64,000 nucleotides of DNA, from contig CALWGC010000022.1 of NCBI GenBank assembly GCA_944378105.1, positions 96,944 to 160,943 on the forward strand. Direction: 5' to 3'. The notes beneath the pieces were generated by a model, which saw only the letters and a program-made list of their open reading frames with translations, was not told where the DNA came from and searched no databases. Position numbers and translations under genes: made by a program. This document shows, one piece after another, positions 25,930 to 34,338 of the stretch (position 1 is the first letter of the stretch; every line of letters begins with the position of its first letter). The stretch comes from an uncultured Clostridia bacterium (GTDB lineage: Bacteria > Bacillota > Clostridia > Lachnospirales > Anaerotignaceae).

Positions 25930-27666
25930 TTATTCTGCCACCATTTCTGTTGGTTCCGTTTCCATGCTTGGCAGAGACTGGGCTTCGCTGGCTTCTGCTT
26001 CCTGTTTGGCCCGTTCTTCCAAGGCCGCGTCGGTGGCTGCCTGGTGTCCGGTCAATTTCACCTGCGTCACCGTCACCAATCCGTCTGTGGCCCCGGCATA
26101 CCCGCTCAGTTCCACCTGGTCGCCTACTTTGGCTGTGATGATGGTCAGGTTTTCTTTGGCCTGCACTTCAAAGAGGGTTTCTTCCCCTTCCAATGTGACA
26201 AAGTAACAGGTGTTGCCGTCGATCACCACGTCATAAATGCCGCTGATGGTGCCGCTAAATTGATTTTGTTCTGCCTCCTCTGTCAAAGAAAGGCCGCTAT
26301 CATTCATCAATGCTTTATAATTGGTTTCACACTGGCTCACCGTATCGCCAATGGCCACCAACTGATACCGCTCCACATTGACCATGGCATATTTTTTCAC
26401 CAATCCCGCATCGTCTTTGAGGGAGAGGAAATAGGTGGGCTGGCCTCCCACGTTCAATAGCAGCGGGAACGTAGCCTGATAACCCAAGTTTTGCACCTGG
26501 CCTTCGGCCGAACGCATGGCAGACAATTCCTTGGCGCCGGAAACCTGATAATAATTAGTTTCCTTCGTCCGCTGGTTCATCAACACAAAGCCCACAATGG
26601 ACTCGTCCCCTGTCACAGAGGTGATGCCGGTATAGACCCAAACGTCATCGTTTAAGGCAATATAGTTATAGCCTTCTGTGGTTTGCAGACAACCCTTTTG
26701 GCTAAAAATACTGTTGAGGTACCCACCGGAAAGCAGCCCAAAATAATCGTACTGTCCAATCAGCAACGCCGCATCATAAACGCCGTCCACCCATTGGGGC
26801 ACATCGGCAATGTCATAATAGGTGTGTTCCCCCGTGACGGCATTTAACAGCACGGCTCCCTTGATGTCGCTGCCGCCAAACAGACCAATGGTCTTTTCTT
26901 CCACCGAGCAAATCCAGTAAGGCACGCCGTTGTCGTCAATTTCAAAGCTGATATTGCGGAACATAGCCGTCGGATAGCAAAAGCGCAGATACCGGTTCAA
27001 ATTGCGGCCAAAGTGCTCCGTTGGCGAAATGCGGATACCTTCTTCCAATTTCACCAGTTCCACATCCTGGGTGGTCATATCAATTTTGATATAGGCCGGA
27101 ATCCCCGTGGAACGATTGGTCAGCCATTTGATGGCACTGCTGTACTCCAATGGTGTAACGCGCACCGGTTTTCCTTGGTAGTTGATTTGGGAATAAAAAT
27201 CGCTGACTTCATATTGGCTGACCATATCGATCATACTGCCCATTTTTCTTTCTGCCAACAGCGCCGCCGTATCCTTGTCCATAATGGGGATTTGGTTAAA
27301 ATCCACCTCTTCAATGTCTTCGGCAAAACTACTGGGGGTGACGGTCAACAAGTCCTTGTAGGCCGAGGCCCGCAAGATGGGCGAAGAAAGCAGCGTCCCG
27401 CCGCCATAAAACACCACAAAAACTGCCACCACCAGTAACAGCTTTTTCCATTTTTTGATCTGTTCTCCCAGTGTAAGCCCGCGGCTGGACTCCACCATTT
27501 TTTGTATCATGGTATAGCTATTGAGCACCACAGCCACCACCAATAGCAGTACCGCAAACTGCCAAAACTCTTGGTTATGGATATTGATGGCTGGAAGCAT
27601 GGTATAAAATAACAAAAACCAAACCACAATCGTCAATCCCACGCCATAGATTGTCCTCTTTTTCAT
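25930..27666 (-). CDS. Membrane protein of unknown function with a large extracytoplasmic domain and an acidic C-terminal tail
   Basis: 578 aa. About three N-terminal TM helices, a ~400-aa soluble region, a C-terminal beta-rich segment (GTISGIYDVVIDGNTCYFVTLEGEETLFEVQAK...VELSGYAG) and a tail (EERAKQEAEASEAQSLPSMETEPTEMVAE). Codon usage is consistent with its neighbours. Confidence 0.7.
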   Translation of the reverse strand: MKKRTIYGVGLTIVVWFLLFYTMLPAINIHNQEFWQFAVLLLVVAVVLNSYTMIQKMVESSRGLTLGEQIKKWKKLLLVVAVFVVFYGGGTLLSSPILRASAYKDLLTVTPSSFAEDIEEVDFNQIPIMDKDTAALLAERKMGSMIDMVSQYEVSDFYSQINYQGKPVRVTPLEYSSAIKWLTNRSTGIPAYIKIDMTTQDVELVKLEEGIRISPTEHFGRNLNRYLRFCYPTAMFRNISFEIDDNGVPYWICSVEEKTIGLFGGSDIKGAVLLNAVTGEHTYYDIADVPQWVDGVYDAALLIGQYDYFGLLSGGYLNSIFSQKGCLQTTEGYNYIALNDDVWVYTGITSVTGDESIVGFVLMNQRTKETNYYQVSGAKELSAMRSAEGQVQNLGYQATFPLLLNVGGQPTYFLSLKDDAGLVKKYAMVNVERYQLVAIGDTVSQCETNYKALMNDSGLSLTEEAEQNQFSGTISGIYDVVIDGNTCYFVTLEGEETLFEVQAKENLTIITAKVGDQVELSGYAGATDGLVTVTQVKLTGHQAATDAALEERAKQEAEASEAQSLPSMETEPTEMVAE

Positions 27667-27786
27667 AGATAACCTCTTTTCTCCTTTCGGTCCTTGATGG
27701 GTATCATACTAACATATATTGCTACATACGTAAAGAAAAGAAACATTTCTTCATGATTTTTTAACATTTCTCTCCGGCGAAACCTC

Positions 27787-27815
27787 TTTACAGAACGGCT
27801 TTTTTTCACTATACT
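27787..27815 (+). promoter_or_regulatory. Candidate sigma-A promoter of mecA
   Basis: TTTACA, 17-nt spacer, TATACT. Lies ~22 nt upstream of the ATG (RBS GAGGAGGGG). Confidence 0.45.
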
Positions 27816-27837
27816 TGAGAGGAGGGGAAGTGATACG

Positions 27838-28482
27838 ATGAAAATTGAAAAGCTAAGCGAAAACCAAATCAAGCTGACGCTGACACATGCCGACCTCAAA
27901 GAACATAACATCAACCTGGAAGAACTGATGAAGCCCACCGAGCAAACAAAAGAGCTGTTCAAAGACATCATGGAACAGGCCTTTGACTCCTGCGGCTTTT
28001 CCTTTGAAAATGCTCCGTTAATGATTGAGGCCACCCCCGTTTCTGTAGACGGTCTGATGCTGATTGTCACCAGGCTGCCGGATCAGGAAAGCACCAAAGA
28101 TAAGATTTCTTTGCTGTCGCAAAATAAAGAGCTGCGGCGCTATCGCAAAAAACCCATTGCCCGGCGCAAAACCCAACAGCTTAACGATGACGGCATTTTG
28201 GTTTATTCCTTTGAAACCCTGGACGATGCAGCCCATGCGGCCATCCAGCTGACGACTTCCTTTTGCGGTTTTAGTCAGCTTTACAAGTATCAAAACCGCT
28301 ATTTCTATCTGCTGCAAACCGCCCTGGGCGAAGGCGAAGCAGCAGCACCTTTGGAGCAGTTGCTTTTAGAATATGGGCAAAAACACAATTCTTCCGTGCT
28401 GGCCAAATACCATCTGATGGAACATGGCGAGTTGTTATTGGATGATCCGTGCATCGAGCGGCTGGCGGCCCTCTATGACTGA
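27838..28482 (+). CDS. mecA: Adaptor protein MecA (ClpC adaptor)
   Basis: 214 aa. N-terminus MKIEKLSENQIKLTLTHADLKEHNINLEEL and the overall layout resemble MecA family proteins. Confidence 0.8.
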   Translation: MKIEKLSENQIKLTLTHADLKEHNINLEELMKPTEQTKELFKDIMEQAFDSCGFSFENAPLMIEATPVSVDGLMLIVTRLPDQESTKDKISLLSQNKELRRYRKKPIARRKTQQLNDDGILVYSFETLDDAAHAAIQLTTSFCGFSQLYKYQNRYFYLLQTALGEGEAAAPLEQLLLEYGQKHNSSVLAKYHLMEHGELLLDDPCIERLAALYD

Positions 28483-28520
28483 TTCTTCCAAGCAGGTATG
28501 GCAGAAAAAAAACTTTTTTC

Positions 28521-28559
28521 CCGCACAACCAAGAAATCGATTGGTTGTGCGGTTTTTTT
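28521..28559 (+). terminator. Intrinsic terminator after mecA
   Basis: 12-bp stem CCGCACAACCAA / TTGGTTGTGCGG, followed by TTTTTTT. Confidence 0.75.
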
Positions 28560-28677
28560 GTGGCAAAAAGAAAAAGCTTGCGATTTGTTTGAGCAAAAAC
28601 AGCTGCACCTTTGAGACTCCCTTTCATACAGTAGAGGCAAACGAATTCCTCTTTTGCTGAAAGGAGCGTCGATACGC

Positions 28678-29319
28678 ATGCGCTATCCAAACGAACAAGA
28701 TCCTTGGGGTTTGCCAGAAGAATCCTTGGCCTATCTCCGTTTTTTCCATGCCCTGCCCACCGATCCTGAAATTCCTGTGGACATTTATGTGAACCAAAAA
28801 ATGGTGGCCGAAGGGCTGCGGTATCAAGATTTTACCCATTACCTGCCGGCAAGACCTGGCTATTACACCATCCAGGTGTTTGAAACCGGAACCACCGGCA
28901 CGCCGCTAGTCAGTGTGGCCCTGCCTTTACAGGCCGAAGAAGTGGTGACGGCGGCCGTCGTGGGTACGCCGGAAAACATCGGAATTCAGGCCCTCAGCGA
29001 TTTTCCAAAAGAAACCGAAGAAAACCGCGCCGCACTGCGCTTTAGTAACCTTTCCCAAACGCCGGTTTCTATCTATCTGGATAACCGCCCCGTGGTGTAT
29101 GACCTGGCCTTTGGCGAACTGACGGATTTTCTCTCCTTTGCCCCCGGCCGCCATACGTTGGTGGTCAAAGATGCCGCCACCAATCGCACCCTCATCACCC
29201 ACCCTTCGTTACAGCTGAAAAAAGAAGACTTTTACACGGCATTTGTCATCGGCAAAACCAATGGCCGCCCCGGCCCGGAAGTGGTGGTGGCCTTGGAAGG
29301 CATCAGCTATCTCGATTAA
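28678..29319 (+). CDS. DUF4397-like protein
   Basis: Repeated beta-sandwich-like pattern (LRFFHALPTDPEIPVDIYVN... and LRFSNLSQTPVSIYLDN...), recalled as DUF4397. The start is ambiguous (ATG 28678 or TTG 28654). Confidence 0.7.
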   Translation: MRYPNEQDPWGLPEESLAYLRFFHALPTDPEIPVDIYVNQKMVAEGLRYQDFTHYLPARPGYYTIQVFETGTTGTPLVSVALPLQAEEVVTAAVVGTPENIGIQALSDFPKETEENRAALRFSNLSQTPVSIYLDNRPVVYDLAFGELTDFLSFAPGRHTLVVKDAATNRTLITHPSLQLKKEDFYTAFVIGKTNGRPGPEVVVALEGISYLD

Positions 29320-29366
29320 ACAAACTTCTCGTTTTTGCAGCATAGGTTCGTTTCCCTTTGGCCAAC

Positions 29367-29402
29367 AAAAAATCCCTGTGGGTCCTCCCACAGGGATTTT
29401 TC
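29367..29402. terminator. Bidirectional intrinsic terminator
   Basis: 15-bp stem AAAAATCCCTGTGGG / CCCACAGGGATTTTT with loop TCCT, between the DUF4397 gene (+) and the asparaginase gene (-). Confidence 0.75.
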
Positions 29403-29407
29403 TTGTT

Positions 29408-30370
29408 TTATTCTTCCATAAATTGGCGAATTTCTTCGTCTGTTTCATAGAGGGCACAAGCCGTCAAAAGCTTCATATACCCCATTTCTGTCGTCTTGTC
29501 ATACACCGGTACAGCCCCGGCATCCAACAGCGCCCGGGTGCTTTCGTAAATGTCGCCATCCATCATGCCTTGCTTTTCATGGCCCATTTCCAAAAACACC
29601 AGCACGCCGGCTTCTTTGGCCCGTTCCAAAAAGACCAGCAGATTGTTGTTGTCGCCTTTGGTGCAGGCCGTGCCGGAGTGATAGGTGCCGTGGAGCACAG
29701 CCCGTTTGCCGTCCAGGCGCAGCGCACTATAATCTAACCCCACATAGGGCGCAATCAGCATCACATTGTTTTTGATGGTCAGTGGATTGGGGAACAAAAT
29801 CCGTTTCCAAGGCGCAGGCATCCCCTGCCCCATGGTCATGCTGTAAAAATCGTCCTGCGCATCACAGCCAAACAGTTCTTCTCCCAGATGCATATATAAT
29901 TTCCCGTTCGTGTTTTCATAGGGCACATAGACGCCGCCTAAATGCCGCTCCTTGATCCAGGCGACGGCTGCGGCAAAATTGGCTTCCCCGTTGGAGCCAG
30001 GTTGGCCCAACATCTGGCGGCTGCTTAAGAGGCAAACCGGCTTTAAAAGCCCCCGTAACGTCACCGATAAAAAGGCTGCCGTAAAGGATAACGTGTCGGT
30101 GCCGTGGGCCAAAATGGCGCCATCATATTCATCCCAGTCCACTTGGCAAAGACATTCCCGCATCCGATTCAAATGCTCCAGCTGTAGATTTTCGCTCAGT
30201 TCCTGCATCAAATTGATGACATCAAACTCCGTATCGGCATAGGGCGAGCCGCTTTTTTCAAAGGATTTCAAAAGCAGCGGCAACGCCGCCTGTGTATCCG
30301 GACTTTTCACATGATTTTCTGCAAAAGAACAAATGGTTCCTCCCGTCAGCACCAACAGCAATTTTCCCAT
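29408..30370 (-). CDS. L-asparaginase family protein (type I-like)
   Basis: 320 aa. N-terminal LVLTGGTICS (the TGGTI motif) and HGTDTL motif. Confidence 0.8.
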   Translation of the reverse strand: MGKLLLVLTGGTICSFAENHVKSPDTQAALPLLLKSFEKSGSPYADTEFDVINLMQELSENLQLEHLNRMRECLCQVDWDEYDGAILAHGTDTLSFTAAFLSVTLRGLLKPVCLLSSRQMLGQPGSNGEANFAAAVAWIKERHLGGVYVPYENTNGKLYMHLGEELFGCDAQDDFYSMTMGQGMPAPWKRILFPNPLTIKNNVMLIAPYVGLDYSALRLDGKRAVLHGTYHSGTACTKGDNNNLLVFLERAKEAGVLVFLEMGHEKQGMMDGDIYESTRALLDAGAVPVYDKTTEMGYMKLLTACALYETDEEIRQFMEE

Positions 30371-30393
30371 GGAATTTCCCCCTTTTGTACCCC

Positions 30394-30768
30394 TCAGCGC
30401 ACCGCAGACGGTGGCACAATTTCAATCCAATAATTGTCTGGATCATTGATGAAATAAATACCCATTTCGGGGTTTTCAAAACAGATACAACCCATTTGCT
30501 GATGTTTTTCATGGGCTTTTTCATACTCTTCGGTCACAAAGGCCAGATGAAATTCGTTTTCCCCCAGGTTATAAGGCTCCTTCCGGTCTCTCAAATACGT
30601 CAATTCCAGCGTAAAGTCGCTTTTGCCATCGCCCAAATAAACAAGAATCCAGCTGCCGTCTTCGGCCTCTTTGCGGCGTACTTCTTTTAACCCCAAAGCG
30701 GCATCATAAAACGCCAGACTTTTTTCCAAATCCAACACATTATAATTAAAATGATTGAAACGAAACAT
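30394..30768 (-). CDS. VOC-family metalloenzyme (glyoxalase I / lactoylglutathione lyase-like)
   Basis: ORF trimmed to MFRFNHFNYNVLDLEKSLAFYDAALGL. Contains the GxxxHLAF and YWIEIV metal-ligand segments typical of small glyoxalase I proteins. Confidence 0.8.
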   Translation of the reverse strand: MFRFNHFNYNVLDLEKSLAFYDAALGLKEVRRKEAEDGSWILVYLGDGKSDFTLELTYLRDRKEPYNLGENEFHLAFVTEEYEKAHEKHQQMGCICFENPEMGIYFINDPDNYWIEIVPPSAVR

Positions 30769-30785
30769 GGTTCTCCTCCTCGGTA

Positions 30786-32303
30786 TCAATGATGATGCCC
30801 CGGGCCGTGATGGTCGTGGCCACAGGTGCATCCGTCGTCGTGGTGGTGTTCTTCTCCACAAGTACAGCCATCGGCATGGGCATGATGTTCTTCCGGCACA
30901 TCGGGATGGAAGCCCAATTCATTAAAAATGGCCCCCACTTTGTCAATGATCATCAACCGGTCTTCTTCCGTATTGGCCGTATCGATGGCGTCTTTGATAT
31001 AGTCCATCACCTGTGGAATATCCCAATCCACCGGCAGCGTGCTCAATAAAAGCGCCATGGCTGCCTTGCGCATCTTGATGGGCAGTGCCAAAAACCGCTG
31101 GCGCATGGAAGCACAAAAGGATTCAAACTGGGCCTCTTTCCAATCGTCCAAGGCTGGCGTATCTTCGGGGTCGGTGGCAAAGGTGAAAATTTCTTCTTTG
31201 ATGTCGCTGTAAAAACATTGCCGCACAAAGCCTTCTGTGGCCAAAATCTTGCCCAAATCCTCCGAAACGGTGCTGTAGTCTTCGATTTTTTCCAACAGCG
31301 GCATTTCTTTGGCGTTGAGTTCATTGGCATGGTCAATGAGCGGCTCGATGTACTGTTCCAGCATTTCATTGACGGTTTCATCAAAGGTGTCGTCTTCGTT
31401 TTGTTCCAATATTTCTTTCACTTTGAAATAAACGTCTTTGTATCCATATTCTTTTTCCGTCAACTCGTCCAAAGAAAAAGGCAAATAACAAAGCAAAATC
31501 AAAGAATAAATGGCGTTTAACAACTCCTGGCAATAGTCTTCCATGTCCGTTAAGGCCGAGAAGATGGTGCCCATGTCTTCATACACTTCATCCAGCGCCT
31601 CATCGGAAAGCTCTGCCGGTTGCACCTGCATTTTTTCTTTCAATAACGATGCCACTTCTGGGAAATAGGTGCCAAAGGAAGGCTCGTCCAACGGCCCATT
31701 CATCATTTCAAAGACCTGTAAACTATGGCGCACCGCCTCTTCGCTTTGGCCCACAAAGGCCAAACGCAAACTGGCCTTGACCAAATCGTCATACCGGTCT
31801 CTGGTCATTTTTAACGGCACCGCCCGCATCAGTTGGCCAATGTGGTTTTTCTGGTCCAGTAAATTTTTTCCTTCTTGGATAAAATCAATGCAGTCGGCAT
31901 AAAAAATCCGATACTCCACGTCTTGTTTGTTTTCGCTCTCTTTGGCATATTCTCGCCGGATTTTCTCGTCGCTTAAGGGTGTCGAGATGATATTCCAAAG
32001 GGGATAATAACAATGGATGGTGCGATAGATGGAAAGAAGTTTTTCTTTCATGGCAAAGGCTTCTTCCAATACCGCTTCTTTGACTTCTTGCTCGCCCAGT
32101 GTCATTTGCAGCGCCGCCGTTTGGCGATGCACCTGCTCCTTTAAATCCAGCAAGGGCTGCGGGATGGAATACAGGGCTGCAAGCGGGCTTTCTTGCCGGT
32201 CTTCCATACAGCTAGAAAGCAGCAAAAGCAGGCTTGCTGTGGCCTGGTTGAGCACATATTCTGTGGAAATAGACGAAAGTTGTTCTTCAAGTTTCTTGGT
32301 CAT
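30786..32303 (-). CDS. Large acidic, predicted all-helical protein of unknown function with a His/Cys-rich C-terminal tail
   Basis: ORF trimmed to MTKKLEEQ (RBS AGGAGG), 505 aa. The tail is HPDVPEEHHAHADGCTCGEEHHHDDGCTCGHDHHGPGHHH. Ends 17 nt upstream of the VOC gene. Confidence 0.7.
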   Translation of the reverse strand: MTKKLEEQLSSISTEYVLNQATASLLLLLSSCMEDRQESPLAALYSIPQPLLDLKEQVHRQTAALQMTLGEQEVKEAVLEEAFAMKEKLLSIYRTIHCYYPLWNIISTPLSDEKIRREYAKESENKQDVEYRIFYADCIDFIQEGKNLLDQKNHIGQLMRAVPLKMTRDRYDDLVKASLRLAFVGQSEEAVRHSLQVFEMMNGPLDEPSFGTYFPEVASLLKEKMQVQPAELSDEALDEVYEDMGTIFSALTDMEDYCQELLNAIYSLILLCYLPFSLDELTEKEYGYKDVYFKVKEILEQNEDDTFDETVNEMLEQYIEPLIDHANELNAKEMPLLEKIEDYSTVSEDLGKILATEGFVRQCFYSDIKEEIFTFATDPEDTPALDDWKEAQFESFCASMRQRFLALPIKMRKAAMALLLSTLPVDWDIPQVMDYIKDAIDTANTEEDRLMIIDKVGAIFNELGFHPDVPEEHHAHADGCTCGEEHHHDDGCTCGHDHHGPGHHH

Positions 32304-32473
32304 TCTTTTCAACCTCCTGCTAGCATTATAAACGAAAAAGGCAGGGATAACAACCATATTTTCGTCGAAAGGACCGTTTCGCCCTCTGGCTTTCTCGCTT
32401 TCGCGCAAAAGCACCTTTACAACCTGGCCAAAAACCCGTACACTGGTAGAAAAAAAGAAAGGAGTCTTACGCC

Positions 32474-33184
32474 ATGCAATACCCTTTCGTTTCTTGCGCC
32501 CGTTTTCTTGTCCGGCCCAACCGGTTTTTGGCCGATGTGGTGCTGCCTGGCGGGGAAATTTGCCGGGTTCATGTCAAAAACACCGGCCGCCTGGGGGAGC
32601 TGCTGCTGCCAGGGGCCTTGGTCTATTTGGAAGAAGGGCAAAACCCTAAACGCAAAACAAAATATTCCCTCATCGCCGTAGAAAAAGACGGCGTACTGTT
32701 TCAAATTGACTCCCAGGCCCCCAATCAGGTGGCCGCCGAAGCTTTGCTGGATGGACGCATCACAGAAATTGGCCCCGTCTCCTCCCTCAAACGGGAAGTC
32801 ACCTTCCACGACAGCCGCTTTGACATTGCCTATGAAACGCCAGAGGGAAAACAAGGCTTTTTGGAGGTCAAAGGTGTCACCCTCCTGCAAGACGGCGTGG
32901 CCCTCTTTCCCGACGCCCCCACCAGCCGCGGCGCCAAACATCTATTACACCTTTGCGATGCCGTATCGGAAGGCTATGAAGCAGCCGTCCTCTTTTTGAT
33001 CCAAACCGCATGGGCCAAAGGGTTTTCTCCCCATACCGTTCGCGATCCTGCCTTCACCGAAGCACTAAAAAAAGCAAAAGAAAGTGGTGTCCAAATTTTA
33101 GCATATACTTGCCATGTTACCCCCGACACCCTATCCCTCAACTCCCCCGTTCCACTTTTGTTGGAATTGGAAAAAAACCATTGA
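32474..33184 (+). CDS. sfsA: SfsA-family nuclease (sugar fermentation stimulation protein A)
   Basis: 236 aa. Sequence RFLADVVLPGGEICRVHVKNTGRLGELL...EVKGVTL...FPDAPTSRGAKHL is typical of SfsA. Confidence 0.85.
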   Translation: MQYPFVSCARFLVRPNRFLADVVLPGGEICRVHVKNTGRLGELLLPGALVYLEEGQNPKRKTKYSLIAVEKDGVLFQIDSQAPNQVAAEALLDGRITEIGPVSSLKREVTFHDSRFDIAYETPEGKQGFLEVKGVTLLQDGVALFPDAPTSRGAKHLLHLCDAVSEGYEAAVLFLIQTAWAKGFSPHTVRDPAFTEALKKAKESGVQILAYTCHVTPDTLSLNSPVPLLLELEKNH

Positions 33185-33209
33185 CAACCTTTGGTTTTTC
33201 TTGCATAAT
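33181..33209 (+). promoter_or_regulatory. Candidate sigma-A promoter overlapping the sfsA stop codon
   Basis: TTGACA (33181-33186), 17-nt spacer, CATAAT (33204-33209). Confidence 0.5.
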
Positions 33210-33344
33210 AGAGGTGAAGAAGAGAAGGTAACTTGAAAAAAGGGCCGGTGATTTTTCCATGAAAAACCAACAAAAAACCAAGGTTGTTTGCCAAAATCCC
33301 CCTTCTTTTTCATTCTCTTTTTTTCATCTGTTGTATGGCCGCAC

Positions 33345-33382
33345 GCCGTCTGCTTTTTTGTCAAAAGCAGGCGGCTTTTTTT
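33345..33382 (+). terminator. Intrinsic terminator or attenuator in the leader upstream of the small basic ORF (could also serve sfsA)
   Basis: 13-bp stem GCCGTCTGCTTTT / AAAAGCAGGCGGC with one G-U pair and loop TTGTC, followed by TTTTTTT. Confidence 0.65.
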
Positions 33383-33419
33383 GTCGGCAAATCCAGTTTT
33401 GTTGCGGGGAGGGATTGTT

Positions 33420-33695
33420 ATTTTAATCATCAAAAAGTCCAGAGCCAAAGACGAGTACATTGTTTACAATCCACATCATTTTCAGCTACATACCCACACA
33501 CGCCATAAGCGCATCGCCGTCATCATCAAAAGCAACGTGGAGCACCAACGGGTGCCCCGCTCCAACGATCTACGCCTATTGGAAAGCCACATTCGCGTCA
33601 CCAGCAACAAAAGCTATCTGCGTAAGCTGGAAGCGCGCCGGGAAGAGCTTTTGGCCGCCAAGGCCCAACAAAAGCAAACCGGCGGCGCGGCCTAA
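33420..33695 (+). CDS. Small basic hypothetical protein (~91 aa); start codon uncertain, possibly ATT
   Basis: C-rich third codon positions match neighbouring genes. A strong GGGGAGGG RBS (33406-33413) lies 7 nt before ATT 33420. A terminator follows the stop. No in-frame ATG/GTG/TTG follows the RBS until a GTG ~40 codons in. Confidence 0.45.
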   Translation: MLIIKKSRAKDEYIVYNPHHFQLHTHTRHKRIAVIIKSNVEHQRVPRSNDLRLLESHIRVTSNKSYLRKLEARREELLAAKAQQKQTGGAA

Positions 33696-33710
33696 CCCCT
33701 TTGTGTTCCC

Positions 33711-33746
33711 CTCCCCTTGGCCAAATGGCAAAGGGGAGCTTTTTTG
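33711..33746 (+). terminator. Intrinsic terminator after the small basic ORF
   Basis: Stem CTCCCCTT / AAGGGGAG (inner extension TGGCC/GGCA), followed by CTTTTTT. Confidence 0.6.
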
Positions 33747-33763
33747 TTCCTAAAATATACAAC

Positions 33764-33790
33764 AAAAAAGCCGCCTTTTGAAAAGCGGCC
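33764..33790 (-). terminator. Intrinsic terminator after the GNAT gene
   Basis: On the minus strand: GCCGC-UUUUCAAAAG-GCGGC followed by UUUUUU. Overlaps the 16-nt palindrome AAAAGCGGCCGCTTTT. Confidence 0.5.
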
Positions 33791-33806
33791 GCTTTTTCTC
33801 CTCTTC

Positions 33807-34310
33807 TTATTTGGAAATAGGATATTCCAAAATATAATCGTCCATGACAAACCCGCACCCAATGTCCGTCACAACGCTATCGGTGATCTGGAACCCTAAA
33901 TGATGATAGATTTCCAGCGTATGGTCGTTGTGCTTATTACAGGTCAGCCAAATTTTGCTCCATCCCTCTTTTTTGCAAAGCTCCACCAAAAAGCGGAAGG
34001 CCTGGGAGGCAAACTGGTTCCCCCTCGATTCCTGCTGCACATAGAGTTTACTTAAAAAGAGCGCTCCGTTTTCCGGATGTACCCCGGTATAGCCCACCAA
34101 GGTATCCCCGTCGAACATCCGGTAATATCGATAGCCGGAGGCAATCTGTCCCCGCATGGCCGGATAGGACTGGTACTTTTCCACCATATAATCCACCTGG
34201 GCTTCGCCCAAAAGCGGTACAAAATGCTGGTGCCAAATTTTGGTGGCCAGCGCTGCCACTTCTTTCAACTCTTCTTCTGTCGTTGTCAAAACAATGGTAC
34301 AAGGTTTCAA
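33807..34310 (-). CDS. GNAT-family N-acetyltransferase
   Basis: 167 aa. Acetyl-CoA binding segment QQESRGNQFASQAFRFL. Confidence 0.8.
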   Translation of the reverse strand: MKPCTIVLTTTEEELKEVAALATKIWHQHFVPLLGEAQVDYMVEKYQSYPAMRGQIASGYRYYRMFDGDTLVGYTGVHPENGALFLSKLYVQQESRGNQFASQAFRFLVELCKKEGWSKIWLTCNKHNDHTLEIYHHLGFQITDSVVTDIGCGFVMDDYILEYPISK

Positions 34311-34338
34311 ACGTCATTCCTTCTTTCTACTTCTTTTG

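Noticed and set aside
27663-28070. A 135-aa minus-strand ORF overlapping the mecA promoter and 5' end.
   Set aside because: It overlaps the well-supported mecA gene in antisense, is Ser/Phe-rich, has no RBS, and would need to be transcribed through the divergent promoter region.
33288-33419. The N-terminal extension of the 135-aa ORF, which would give the small basic protein a hydrophobic leader.
   Set aside because: The extension is encoded by the T-rich leader and runs straight through a 13-bp intrinsic terminator hairpin plus T7 run. The strong RBS lies at 33406-33413, downstream of it.
33781-33796. The perfect 16-nt palindrome AAAAGCGGCCGCTTTT.
   Set aside because: It is explained as part of the GC-stem/U-tract terminator of the convergent GNAT gene. 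There is no second copy in the window.
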